Of a stretch of 64,000 bases of DNA, positions 29,434-50,259 are shown in pieces (the first letter of the stretch is position 1; each line of letters opens with the position of its first letter). The position numbers and the translations under genes are program-made. Source of the DNA: the human T2T-CHM13v2.0 reference genome, Homo sapiens; NCBI RefSeq assembly GCF_009914755.1, contig NC_060932.1; one strand, given 5' to 3'. The notes below the pieces were generated by a model. That model was not told the origin of the DNA. It did no database searches and was given only the letters and a program-made list of their open reading frames with translations.

Positions 29434-29802
29434 TACATTGCTAGCCCTAAATTATTTTATGGTTATTCCTCCTAGAATCTTTCCCTTTTAAATGTTGGTA
29501 ATTTGAGCTGAAGGAAAAGAATTTCTGGTTAAAGCAGAGACAGAGAAGGGGAGAAGGAAGCTGGCCTCGAGGAAGCTTCTTTGGATATGAATATGCCATA
29601 AGAACAAATCAGAAACACGGAGCCAATGACTTCAGCTCTCTGTACACTCCTTCTTACAGAACCAGGAAAGCAGACCCTGGGCCCAACCACTCTGCAACAC
29701 AGGGAGTGTAAAACGCCTCCTGGGTGTCATACTCTACCTCTGTTGACTACTTGTGAGTGCACACCAGCAAGTTGTGCAGAGCCATTAAGAACTGCCCTTC
29801 TC

Positions 29803-30097
<295 letters not shown>

Positions 30098-30575
30098 TCA
30101 GCCAGATACCACCTGAGCGGGACCTGAATTTGGCAGTTGTGGTCAGCCGCAGTTCTAGCACGAACAGTTTTTGGCATAGTGTATTTTTCTAAGAATAACA
30201 GATTAGGTTTATTATCTAAAATGAAAACTTTAATATAAATAGAATACTACATGTAGTATGATTATGTATGCTGTTGTGTTATATAATTTACATAATAATA
30301 TAATTTTATCTAGACTTAAAACAATTTACTATAACTAGTTCTATTCATAGCATGTGTGTGTATTTTATTCTAAATAGCTGTATATTATTTAATATAAAAA
30401 AGTTATAAGAACTTTCAACACGCTTTTTAAAAACTAATTCTAGGACGATTGCAAATAAATAAAAATGCTGTTGCCTTCAGTGCATATAATGATATAATGA
30501 ATCGATTGTTTTGCATATAAATTCAAATATAGAGTTTTCTCAGCTCACACCAAATAGGTTACTATTCACCCCTAG

Positions 30576-30970
<395 letters not shown>

Positions 30971-31849
30971 TATTTTGTGTTTTCTACCAGCCTCCCTCTA
31001 ACACCATTCCTGGCATAGAGCAGACACTTAGTAAATATATGTCTTTTAATCTCAGTAAAATAAATGCTTGAGTTTATTCCTTTTAAGGGTAATCTGTCAT
31101 GGTTTAAGACAAAATTGGACTTTCTATAGACTGTGTCAGCCTTGATAAGTCTTGAAATCTTGGGTACTACTAAGGTTACCAATTTTAAGAGTTAAAGCAA
31201 CAATAACAGCAAAATACCTTTTGATGACCTAAAAACTTGTTGCATCATTTCATGTGAAAGATTTGAGAGGCATAGCTAGAAGAAAGACTGCCAGCTTGGA
31301 AACCAAATTCAGGCTTGATCAAGGCAGATACTGACCAGTGACTCAAAAGTGACAGAAAGCTTCCTGTATTTAATCAAAGATTCGAAGTCAACAAGTAACA
31401 GAAAGATACAAATAAGGCCGCTTAGGCTGCTTGGCATACGACTGCGTCATTCTGTTGAACAGGAAAACAAAAGTACTTGACCTTTGCTGTTGTATTTTAT
31501 CGGGAGACATGAGGGTCCTGTGGAAACAGTTCAGGTCTCACGTAATAATAGCGTTTGCTGTTCTTTAGGTTTTAAAAATTTTGATGCGTGAGGAATTCAC
31601 TTTTCTGTTTCAGGTTTCTCATGCATAAAATGAGGACAATAATACCTGTAGCATGGTGCGATTGTAAAAATTGAGATAATACAGTATCCTGCGTGGTGCC
31701 ATCTTTACAATTTCTTCTGTGGATCGCACATCTCCTTTCCGCTACTGCTCTAGGGCTCTGCTTCTGAACAAAGCGTGTCCTCTCAAAAGACTTGATATTA
31801 GGCCTCCATTCTCACAGACTCTTGTCATCATCCTGCTCCAATTAGTTCT

Positions 31850-33300
<1,451 letters not shown>

Positions 33301-33583
33301 AGAACCTGGGGTTATATTTACTTTTTTTTCTTTTTTCATTTGTGATAGGGTGTTGCTCTGTCACCTAGGCTGGAGTGCAGTTCACTGCAACTTCCACTTC
33401 CCAAGTTCAAGCGATCCTCCCACCACAGCCTCCTGAGTAGTTGGGACCACTGGCACAAACTACCAAGCCTGGCTACTTTTTTGTTGTATTTTTAATAGAG
33501 ACTGGGTTTTGCCATGTTGCCTAGGCTGGTCTTGAACGCCTGAGCTCAAGCCATCTGCCTGTCTCAGCCTTCCAAAGTGCTGG

Positions 33584-34597
<1,014 letters not shown>

Positions 34598-34901
34598 CTG
34601 GGATTACAGGCAGGAGCCACCGTGCCTGGCCTATATTTATGATTTATGTCATTTAGCATGTTTCTGTACGGCGTGTGCTCTGTACGGACAGAAGCTTTGT
34701 CTTCTTCAGTGATATATCCCAGAGCCTGGCAGAGTGGGCATGCTCATTATACATGTGTGGAGTGAATGAAATTTTAAAAATGCAGATAGTAAGACATCCG
34801 ATAGATTGGGTCTCTCCAGTTCTTGTTTGCGTGTACATATGCATGTGTTTATAAGGAATTTTAAATCGACGATTTCTGTCTGTGGATTTTTATATTTTTA
34901 A

Positions 34902-35241
<340 letters not shown>

Positions 35242-35339
35242 TAGGTTCTGTGTTTGAAGTTGAGGATACAAAAATGAATGAGATCTGATGCTTTGGTAAA
35301 TTACAATCCAGTGAGGAAGTTAGGTACATAAATAGTTTT

Positions 35340-35900
35340 TTTAAAATTGTAGTATTATAAAATGTATATACTATAAAATTTATCATTTTAGCCATTTGTA
35401 AGTATACTATTTATTAGTACCTCATATAAGTGGAATCATACAGTTCCTTCTGTCCTTGTGTATCTGGCTTATTTCACTAAGCATAATGTTCTCAAGGGTC
35501 ATCCCTGTGGCATATATAAAATTTCATCCATTTTTGTGGCTGTATAATATTCCATTGTGAGTGTACACCACATTTTGTTTATTCATTTATGTGTTGATGG
35601 GCACTTGAGTTGCTTCTATCTTTTAGCTATTGTAAATAAGCTGCTGTGAATATTGTTATACAGGTATCTGTTTAGACCCTGCTTCTAGTTCTTTTGGATA
35701 TGTATCAAGGATTGGAATTGCTAGGTCATATGGCAATTCTATGTTTAACTTTTTGAGGAACCAAACTATTTTCCACAGCAGTAACACCATTTTAGATTTC
35801 TACCAGCCATGTTCAAAGGTTCCAATTTTTCCACTTCCTCACCAACACTTGTTTCCCATTTAAAAAAATAATAGCCATTCTAGTTGGTGTACAGTGGATA
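35340..35900 (-). mobile_element. L1MB-like 3' fragment
   Basis: cctcatataagtggaatcatacag...ggaattgctaggtcatatgg...cctcaccaacacttg. Confidence 0.82.
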
Positions 35901-36255
35901 AGTAGATGTTTACAATTCATTTTGTGCTGTAGATGAACTAATAGAGGAGTGAATTGGATGCTATGGAAGTTCTGAAAACTAGAATGTAAAGAGATGCTGC
36001 TGAGCCATCATAATAAGGTACAAATTTTCAGCTACTTTTATAGTAGTAAAGATGAGTTGTTTTACTCTATCTGTATACTGTCACATAATTCCCTTTGTAA
36101 CTGATAGTATACATTTCTGAGATGGCTCAGTAGAATAGGAATACATGTAAATTGCTCCAGGAACGAATGAAATTGATTGGTCTACATGGGACCAAATCCT
36201 TGGTCTCATAAGCACCACATCTTAACTCACTCTATTTATTGCCCAGATTCTCAGC

Positions 36256-36440
36256 CATCCATTCATCCATCCACCCATCTATCCATCATCCATCCATTCA
36301 CCTGTCCATCCATCCATCCATCCATCCATCCACCCATCTCTCCATCCATCCATCCTTGCATCCATCCATCCACCCACCCATCTATCCATTCATCCACCTG
36401 TCTATCCATCCATCCACCCATCCATTCACATAACCATCCA
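36256..36440 (+). repeat. (CCAT)n simple repeat
   Basis: Degenerate tandem CCAT. Confidence 0.95.
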
Positions 36441-37029
36441 TTTACGTTCTAACAGAAAATAATTGCAAAATCTGTTGACTCTGGGATGCGAATATTCAAA
36501 GTACATGCAATTTAATAATCTAAAATATTGCAAGACGTTTACTTGGAGCCTCAATGGCATTCCTGTAAAAATAGTTTATTAGTGAAGATCGATCAATTCC
36601 CAGTGTATTTGAAAAATCCTATTTAACCTATTAAGTAGTTGAATAATGATATTAGGGCTATAGCAAAAAAACAACAAAAACAAAACAAAACAAAATAAAA
36701 CAAAAAACCAAAACTATTGTTTCTATGGGAAAAGTTTTAGGTTATTTTGGTAAGGAGGAGGGAGATAAGGTGATGCAGGTCAAGGGTCTCATCTAGATAG
36801 GGTCTAGAACAGGGTACCCTGAGCATATCTCCCCTTCATAGTGGAAGGAGCGCCAGTCCTCTTCCCTTTCTCCTCTTCCCCAACAACTGGCCTCCCCCTC
36901 TTGCCCCTGTGTTCCCAGAGAAAGAGCCCTGGTGTAAGTGAGAGACTATACAACAACAGAAGTAGGGGCGAGATGCTCATGAAATGTAAATTAATCCTGA
37001 TGTGCCTTCCAACATGCGCTATCCTGTGC

Positions 37030-37200
37030 TTACCAAGCTCTCTGAATTTCAGTTTCCAGAACTGTGAAGTGGGTATGATAATGCCATTTTACAGTCATCC
37101 TAAGAGAATTAAATGAGATAATATATAAAAGTACTTAGCATGGCACTTGGCTTGTAGTAAATGTCCCAAAACAGCAGCTATTACGATGATTGCCATTATT
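37030..37200 (+). mobile_element. MIR
   Basis: tcagtttcc...gagaattaaatgagataatatataaaagtacttagcatggcacttggc. Confidence 0.75.
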
Positions 37201-38044
37201 ATTGGGATCAAGTGACATGTGGAAATGCCTGAAATATAGTCTATTCTCTACGGACATTAGTTTCTTTCCTTTTTCATAAGCAAGGTTGAGAGACAAGTAG
37301 CATCTGTGAGGGGGAACATTTTGGCATTTGGATACCCTGATTTGACGATTTTAGGCCTGAGATTGGGGAAAGATTGGAGAGGTGATGGCTACAGGGAGAA
37401 AGGCCAGGCATTGCAGGTGGTAGGTCTCATTTATTCATAATGTGGTGGTCGTGGTGGGAGAGTACGTTATGAATAAAAGGACTGCTAATGTGGGGGACAT
37501 ATGAATGGGGTGGATGAATACAAGCTCTTTATAACCTTCTTCACTGATCCCCCGACAATGTAAAGGTTATTAAGAGCTAGAAAATGCTGGTACCCCGCCC
37601 TGCCGCCTGGGAGGGCTGAACTGAAATGCGCTTCAGGTGTGATCTTTTGGCTCCACCTACCGGAAAGAGTTGGTACTTCATTCTCTTAAAAGCCCAGACC
37701 TCATAGTCGACTTCAGGCCCAATTGTTATCAGAGATTTTGGTTTTGTGTATGGGTTTATGGTTTTTAAAAAATTAATATAAATATACATTATATCAATAA
37801 GAATTTAGTTAGGCTGACTCCTAACTAAAGGAGTTGCTCAGGGTTACCCAGTGAGTGGCTAAGGTAGTTTTACTATTTGCATTGTTAGAAATAATCACTG
37901 ATTACACGTTGCCCAGAATAAAGAACACCTGAGGCCTCTCATCAGACCACGCCTCAGGGCAATAAGGTGCAACGGGAGTCCGTGCACCTGACCGCATGGC
38001 CTGGACCAGAGGGGCTGCTCGGATCTCTGCAGACCTACTCCTAG

Positions 38045-38430
<386 letters not shown>

Positions 38431-39259
38431 TCTAATACCTTTTAATGCAAACTCAGTGCAATCCTCTCATTTGTCTGCAGGTGTCAGCAAATCTCAGGGA
38501 GTGACATGCAGTGTACCAAGACACGGTCTTTTGTCACTGCATTGTGGCAGAGATGGGCAGGAGAGGGGAATAAAGAAAATTGACAGTGATTTACGAGCAA
38601 TGCCTCCAGCAGGGTTTGCCTAGGTTTCCTTCAGGAAGGCAGTGGCATCTTTGAGAAATCCCTTAAGATGTGGTCTAAATACCCGGGCACATCTTTCAGG
38701 GACTCTGCCATTTTTGCTGTTTAAATGCCCTAAGCTCTCCAAGCCACAATGTCCTCATCTGCAAAACTGAGAACCATAGTGCACGCACCTCCTAGGATGA
38801 AGCGTGATAAAAGATACTGACTTACATTTTATAGATAGCGACTGTACTCTGGAAGTCAGAATACGAAGAAATCCTTTTTGGTGAGAGTCGCCTTTGAGTG
38901 CCTCCCCTCATTCCTTCTTCTTGAGCTGACATCTGCCCAACTTATATTAAAAACTGGATAGGCAGCTTCTGCATAGATAGAATTGGTCACATCGGGGTAA
39001 ACAAGGTGCCTGGAGGGAAGTCTTGGTTTGCAGGAAGGTTCCTGGGGCCTCTGAGAAGGGTCTTTTAGAACATCCGGAGACATTCACTTTGTTGCAGTTA
39101 CAAGAGACCCAACTCATCCCTCAGACAGTCTCTTTTCCCAGGTCACAGACAGCAGGACAATTGAGTAGAGATTTGTTTTTTCTGACTTGCGTCTTGTGTG
39201 GGATGAGGGAGTTCTATGAAGGTGTCTGCTCTATTGGTGTCAAAATGAACAGAGGGTTG

Positions 39260-39910
<651 letters not shown>

Positions 39911-40244
39911 CAGAGGAGCTTAGAGAGTCTGCCATTTGTTGCTAAGGGTGGAATCCAGTGGTCAGGAAACGAGGTTACTTAAGCAGAGATTCTGCTGTAA
40001 TCTCTCCTGTGCTCCAAGACAGGATATGCTGAAGGAGCTGCGAGAAACTTTCTGGCTCAGCAGATGTGAAATTACCAGAAGTGTTAGAAGTATGGAGAAT
40101 TGCTGTAATGCAATAGCTTTACATAGAGGCAACCAAAATCTGCAATTTGTAAAGAAGTAGGCTGTGGAGGAGGACTCAACACAGATTTCCTTCAGTTGCT
40201 CACCTCTGCGTTGCAGCAGGGAAACAGCTGCAGATAACATGTAA

Positions 40245-41230
<986 letters not shown>

Positions 41231-41261
41231 TTCCTAGTTAGAACTTCAAAAGTATAGTCAG

Positions 41262-41563
41262 AGCCCGGGCGCGGTGGCTCACGCCTATAATCCTAGGACT
41301 TTGGGAAGCCAAGGCAGGCTGATCACCTGAGATCAGGAGTTCAAGACCAGCCTGGCCAACATGGCGAAAACCTGTCTCTACTAAAAATACAAAAATTAGC
41401 CTGAAGTGATGGTGCACTCCTGTGGTGCCAGCTACTCAGGAGGGTGAGGAGGAGAATCCCTTGAAACCGGGAGGCAGGAAGCCGAGATCGCACCACTGCA
41501 TGCCCGCCTGGGTGACAGATTGAGACTCCATCTCAAAAAATTAATTAATTAATAAAATAAAAA
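41262..41563 (+). mobile_element. AluS
   Basis: Full Alu. Confidence 0.92.
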
Positions 41564-41804
41564 ATGAAAGCGTTGTCAGAATTCTGGGATTCTAATCCCA
41601 ATTCCACCATTTACCAACAGGATAATCCCAGACATATTTCCCCATCTCCACAGGGAAAACGACAGCACTGCCCACACTTCAGACTTCAGTTCACGCTGCT
41701 TCTCCCTAGGGTTTGTTTTGGGGCTCAGTGAGATGATGAGGTGTTAAAACACTAAGAGTTATTGAAGAAAGAAGTACAAAATAATGGCTATAAAAATTAT
41801 TTGA

Positions 41805-42100
41805 GGGTGGGCACAGTGGCTCATGCTAGTAATCCCAGCACTTTGGGAGGCCGAGGCAGGCAGATCACTTGAGGTCAGGAGTTTGAGACCAGCCTGTCCA
41901 GCATGGTGAAACCCCGTCTCTACTAACAATGCAAAAATTAGTTGAGTGTGGTGGCACAGGCCCGTATTTCCAGCTCCCCGGGAGGCTGAGGCATGAGAAT
42001 TATTGAACGGGAGGTGGAGGTTGCAGTGAGCTGAGATAGTGCCACTGCACTCCAGCCTGGGCGATGGAGTGAGACTGTGCCTCAAAATAATAATAATAAT
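41805..42100 (+). mobile_element. AluS
   Basis: Full Alu with (TAA)n tail. Confidence 0.92.
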
Positions 42101-42714
42101 TTTAACAATTATTTGAAAAGAATAAGGAATTGAGTATTATTATTATTATTTTTAGTTGGAGGTCTGAAGTAGCTGTAGAACCTGCAGTATGCAGGCAGGA
42201 TGGTTCACGACCAGCAATGTTACAGGGACCTCAGCCCCCATGTGTCCCTCCCTTGCCCTGGCCAGGTCTTGGGTGACTCATGAACTTTCCTAGTGTCCTT
42301 GCTTCTCCCGCTTGGACTGCAGTGGCACTGTCCCTCTTCTGCTGCCTCCCAGCTCCGCCTCACTGATGGAGATGCCTTTATTTTAATCTCTTACAGTGCC
42401 CTGGAGAAATACCACTTGCCGTATTTAATTGAATCTAAAATGTCCTTCATTTTAAGCTCCATCATTAGCTGATGTACCACAAAGAGAGGAAAAATCATTG
42501 TCAATGAGACTATGACATGGTGTCTTAATGACAGGCCTGCCTGATGAGTGAATTGGCCACACCAACCTCTTTGTTGCGTTGGAATTTCTTTCATGGATTC
42601 TAAAGGGCTTGACAATTTCCCCTGCCTTCAGCTGCACTGCTTGGCTTCTGCTGGGCATTCCCTTTTTATAGCTCGATAATTCGGTATGAATTAGCTTCAC
42701 TTTATGTTCACTAA

Positions 42715-42875
42715 AGCAGGGCACTCAGACTTTAATATGCCTGCAAATCAATGGGACTTTGTTAAAATGCAGATCCTGATTCAGTAGGTTTGGGGCAGAG
42801 CCTGAAATTCAGAATTTCGATCCATCTCCCAGGCGATGCTGCTGGTCTGTGGACCACACTTTGAGCAGCAAGGTT
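42715..42875. mobile_element. MER5A
   Basis: gttaaaatgcagatcctgattcagtaggtttgggg...ggaccacactttgag. Confidence 0.8.
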
Positions 42876-44326
42876 GTAAAGCACTTGGTTTGTTCTGCAA
42901 GAGAATATGGAATTGCAAGCATTCCTCCCGTCATGAATATTCACTTCACAAATAACAAATGTATGTACCCCCCCGCCCCACCCGCTCTGTCTCCTCACCT
43001 TTCTGAATACACCGTAAGTTTTCCTTTCAATGCTGAATCATAGTATAATCTTTCTGAAGGCATTTTACATGGCAATTAAACCCGGCACATGAAGTGCCAA
43101 CAGTGCACATAATCCCGCTGAAGTGATGACAACAGCCACAGCTGTGAACAAGTTTGCACATGCCGCAAAGACAACGAGGTCACGTGGGCGCCTGGCGGGC
43201 GGCGATTGTAGGATGCTTTCGATCTATTCCAATGTCAGAGAATTCAGAGCTGTTAAAAGGTGAAAAAAGTCTACATCTTAGAATCATTGCAAAGTGGAAA
43301 GTAATTTATTCTTTCAGTTTCTTCCATTTCTCCCTTTCCTACTTCCTGCTCTGCTGTCAACTTGAAGACATTTTTTTTCAGTGGCTGATGCCTGTCACAA
43401 ATTTCCTTTGCTTTTACGGAGTGAGTTTGCTATCCCATCCATCCGGGCCCATCCAGAGCCCTGCCTGGGAGATGGCAGCTCTTACCCCATGACCTTGTTG
43501 AAGGGTTTTTGTGCTGGGACTGTCTGTTACCTTCCAGGCTGGCTGCTCATCCTCTTCCCCAGAAGCCCATGAATTATAATCCCTCCTGGACACTTACTTG
43601 GCATGACCACACTTTCTGCGAGCTTGCAAAATGAGTGCCCTGCCTGGGATGCTTGCTGGTAATGCACTGAGCCTAGCGCAAGATAGGTGCTTGGAGAATG
43701 TCTGTTGAATGCTTTGGGGAGACAGTACGCAACTGATCAGAATGCCTGGAATTCTTGAGTCACTGAGGATGCATTTTTATCTGCAGAGACCACGGACTGC
43801 ATGAGTGCTTGACATCAGCTGGGGGTGAGGTTGGGGTGGCAATTTCCATTAGCTATGCTTGGAATTTTTCTCACCACTTGACATATTATCAACCCTTGAC
43901 CTAGAGTGGAGTATCACCCGAAAGAGGGGACAGGATAAACAAACATGGAAAGAATTTAAATCTCTAGCTCCACATTTCCCAAAATATTTTCTAGGAAGAA
44001 ACATTTGAGTTTCCAGGGATTTTGATAGGTTTGCTTCCAAAATGACTCTGCCTACTGTGTGAAGTAAGCACACATCTCCACTTGTCTTCCATTGAACTCA
44101 ACTCTAAAACCTGAACAGAATATGTATCAAATAAGATTGGGAAATTCTGGAATGAAATTGAAATTCAAGTGAAACAGTTTTCTTTCCTGCACACACCTGG
44201 GTCATCTTTATTAAGTGTGCATCTCTAAGAAGGGGTTTATTTGTAATTAATAGTTCTCAAACAATTTGATTACATTACAGATTGCTTTTCCCCCCAAGAA
44301 GCATCACAAGAGATATGCTGCTTTGT

Positions 44327-45005
<679 letters not shown>

Positions 45006-45563
45006 TAAATGAAAGTTATACTTTCTTTTGATAGCTGTCATGTTTTGGAGAAAACAACCTATCATTTCATGGTAACTTTGACTTGGCCTATCCTATGAGT
45101 GGCTATAAATGGTTACTTCTTCTAGTTTACTCATTATACCAGGCTTGCTATTTGTCCCTGCTGAGTGGCTCATGTGGCAATAATTAATGCAATTATATAG
45201 CAAGATTAGCTTTTCTTTCATAAAACTCAGTGAGCTTGATGAAGCAAGAGGGCAAAGGAAAAGAAGTAATGAAGCAGCTTGTAATTGCACAAAGATGAGC
45301 TGCTAGAGTCTACACTGCTGGAAATTTGATGTTGAGGAGATCTGAATCTTTAAGTTATTTCCCTAATTCTATATTGGGAATACGGAGGAAGGAAAATCAA
45401 CAAAGAGCTTTGTTAGAAAGCATATTGAGTATTAATCAATACTTAAAGGATAACGTTTGCTCAAACATAGAGTACCTAGAATTTCTTTTTTAAGACACAG
45501 TTTCACGTAGGATAAAGTCTATTAAATTTTGCAGTGTAATAAACTGCTATAAAAATAGAAGAT

Positions 45564-46227
<664 letters not shown>

Positions 46228-46657
46228 TGATTTTCTGCCCCAGTTCTTACAAGTCTGCAATCAGGTGTCAATTGGGGTCACATTTGAGGCTCAGGGTTCT
46301 CTTCCAAGCTCATGTGGCTGTTGGCAGAATCCATTTCCTTGCAACTGGAGAACTCACAGAGGCTGCATCTTCAAGGCTGACATCTATCTGGCTTTGAAAT
46401 TCTCTGACTCCTTTTAAAGGCTCATCCGATTAGATTAGGTTCATCTAGAATAATCTTTTTTTTATTAATTCAAAGTCAACTGATTAGGGATCTTAATTAC
46501 ATCTGCAAGATCTCTTCTGCCATATAAAGCAAAATAATTATGGGAGTGGTATTCCATTGTACCCACAAATCCTGCTCACATTCAAGGGAAGGGGCTCATA
46601 ATGAACATGTAACCAGGGGGTAGGACTCTTGGGACCCAGCTTAGAATTCTGCCTACC
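46228..46657 (-). mobile_element. MLT1 (E/F-like) LTR
   Basis: ggctgttggcagaatccatttcc...aagtcaactgattagggatcttaattacatctgcaa...ttagaattctgcctac. Confidence 0.75.
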
Positions 46658-46865
46658 TCCCACTAAGCCCAACTCTGAAACCTGGACAGGGTACAATGAC
46701 AGCTATTTGAAAACTCTGCAAAATAAATAACAGTAGGAAATCAGGGAACAACACCAGAATTCTAAGAGCCATAGAACTGGCAGATAGAAACAAGACCCAG
46801 CATAATACTGAAAATGTTCAGGATACAAACCAAAATTACTTGTGATATTAAAAAACCTCTAATTG

Positions 46866-47520
46866 TGAAGTGGCATCGTTGTCTGGGGTAAATACCTGAG
46901 GTTCGTTGTCTGACAGCCACAGAAAACTAGGACATTAAGACATAAAGAGTGAGCTTAAGAGCAGAAGTTTAATAGGTGAAAGAAAGAGAAGAGCTCTCTC
47001 CTGCAGAGATAGGGGTCCTGAACGGGTCACCAGTCTACGGTGAAATGCAGAGCTTGAGGAGGTAGTGTCTGATGTATACAGGTCCCAAAACATTGGTCGG
47101 ACCAGGTGTGCCATTTGCATAAGGCACAAAAAAGCTGGTTAGGACTAGGTGTGCCATTTGCATAGGGTGTGAAAAACTGGCTTCTCCCACCCTAATCTTG
47201 TATTATGGATGGGTTCTCTACCTGGCTGCAGCCATGTCGCCTGTTTCTTTACTGTACACTTGGTAATAAAGAGAAGGGAAGATGGAGCCTCCATGTTGGA
47301 TGTGCCTGGCCCCCGGGTAGCCCTTTTCTGTTGGTACACTGCTGGCATTCACACATGCAAGCTTCCAGCTTGATTATCTATCTTTGCAGCTTAAGTTTTC
47401 AGGCTGCTCCTTGATAGAAAAAATAATTTCTTGGGCTACTTTTTGTTAGAAGGGAAGCCTTGCTGAAGACTCTTTACCCTCACTATTTGCCTAAATAATT
47501 TATTTCTAGCTCCTGTATCA
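46866..47520 (-). mobile_element. LTR9-family (LTR9B-like, ERV1) solo LTR
   Basis: Ends tgaagtggcatcgttgtctggggtaaatacc ... gcctaaataatttatttctagctcctgtatca; flanks attg/tttg. Confidence 0.8.
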
Positions 47521-48414
47521 TTTGCATGGGAAAAGAAAATCAACAGACACCAATGATTAGATGACACAGATAATAGAATATTCTAGAAGGACATTAAAGA
47601 AGCTATTATTAACGAGCAAGTCCAAACACTCTTGTAACTTTGGATTTAATTTGGTCTTACTTTTTCTAGTTTCTTAAGGTTGAAGATGAGGTAATTGATT
47701 TCAGAACGTTCTTCTTTCTAGTGTAGGCATATAGTGTTACACATTTACCCTAAGAACTGCTTTAACAGCATCCTGAAAATTTCTATATGTTCATTTTCAT
47801 TTAACTGAAAATACTTTCTAATTTCTCTTTTGATTTCTTCTTTAATCCATTTAGTATTTACAAGTATATAATTGTGTATTATTTAGTTTCCATCATCCAA
47901 ATAATTGGGATTTTCCAGAGATCTTTTCATAATCGATTTGAATTTACTTCCATTGTGGTCAGAGAACATACTTAGTATGACATGAACACTTTCAAATTTA
48001 TTGTAACTTGTTTTATAGCCCAGAATATTGTCTATCTTGGCAAATGCTCTGTGTGTCTTTGAATACACTGTGTGTTTTGCTGTTGCTAGGTGGAGTGTTT
48101 TATAAACGTCAATTATGTCAAGTTGCTTAACAGTGACTTTCAAATCTTTGATAAGCTTGATGACTTTCTTTTTACTTCTGTCAATCAGAGAGCTAATTAT
48201 TGAAATCTCCAAGTATAATTTTGGATTTATTTTGTTCTCTTTGTAGTTCTAACAATTTTTGCTTTATGTAGTTTGAAGCTCTGTTATTGTGTGCCACTGT
48301 TACTAATTTGCCACTCCAATTTTCTTTTGATTAGTATTAGTATGGTATATCATTAAAAATAATTTTTAAATTATTTTACTTTACCCATGTTTTAATATAT
48401 AAAGAACATTTCCT

Positions 48415-48617
48415 TCTCCTCTTCTTCTTCTTCTTTTGACTTAACAACAGAAATTTATTTTTTCACAGTTCTGGAGGCTGAAAGTCTGAGATCAGGGTGC
48501 CAGCATGTTTGGGTTCTGGTGAGGGCTCTCTTCCTGGCTTGCCAACAGCCACCTTCTCACTATGTGCTTACATGGCCTTTCCCTGGTGCCAGTGTGGGTG
48601 GGGGCCAGGAGAGCAAG
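48415..48617 (-). mobile_element. MLT1A/MST-like LTR fragment with A-rich tail
   Basis: aacaacagaaatttatt...cacagttctggaggctg...ggttctggtgagggc. Confidence 0.75.
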
Positions 48618-49001
48618 AAGAGCATGTCTTATAGACAGTATTTATTTCGGTCTAGATTTTCAATCCAGTCTGACCATTTCTGCAGTTAATCAAGATTGTT
48701 TAGCTCATTTACATTTAATGTGATTATTGATATGATTAGGTTTAAATCTGCCATCTTGCTGTTTGTTTTCTAGATGTCCTATCTGTTCTTTACTCACTTT
48801 TTTCTATTTTTGCCATCTTTTGAATTAACTGATCCTTGAAATAATTTTTTTTTATTATTGGCTTACTAACTATAAATCTTTTTGTCATTTTAGTAGTAAA
48901 ATATAGTGTATATAGTTTATAGTGGAGAGCATATAATTCTAATTTTTCACTGTCTTCTTTTGTCTGACCTACCACTTTATGTGTAAGAATCATACAATAG
49001 A

Positions 49002-49562
<561 letters not shown>

Positions 49563-50259
49563 CTAGCACTGTAATATATTTTACTTACACGTATGAAGTT
49601 TAACTACATTGTTCTTATTTTTGTTTAAATATTCAGTTATCTTGTAAATAGATTTAATAAGAAAAATCACATATAGTTACAATTTTTGGTGTTCCTTTTT
49701 TGTGAAGCTCCTTACTTCCTTCTGCCTAAAAGACTCTAAAATGTCTTGCAGTGTGGATTTGCTAGTGAATTCTTTCAGTTTTTCTATGTTTGAAAACATC
49801 TTCATTTCATCTTTGTTTCTGAGAGATATTCTTGCTTGGTGTAAAATTCTAGCTTGATAGTTTTTATCTTTCAATGTTTTGAAGATGTCTGTTGGCTTAC
49901 ATTGTTTTCTATTAAAAAAATCTATTCTCATCTTTATTTTTGTTTCCTCTTTATGTAACATCTTATTATTTTCCTCTGGCTGCTCTAATATTTTGTGTCT
50001 ATTATTGATTTCTTTAACAATTTGATTATGATATGTCTTAGTGTTTTGTTTCATGCTTCTTTTGCTTGGGGGTTTGTTGAACTTCTTGGATCTGTGAGTT
50101 TTTAGTTTCAATTAAGTTTGCAATGTTTTCAACTGTCATTTCTTCAAATATTTGTTCTGTTGCCTCTCCTCTCCTCTGGCAACTCCACTGCACGTGTATT
50201 AGGCCAGTTGAAGTTGTCTCAGAATTTACTGATCCTCTTTTAATTAAAAATTTTTTTTC

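Noticed and set aside
36177-36452. HPSI-repeat ORFs
   Set aside because: Translations of (CCAT)n.
37590-37615. Possible CTCF site
   Set aside because: Three mismatches to the core consensus; too weak to call.
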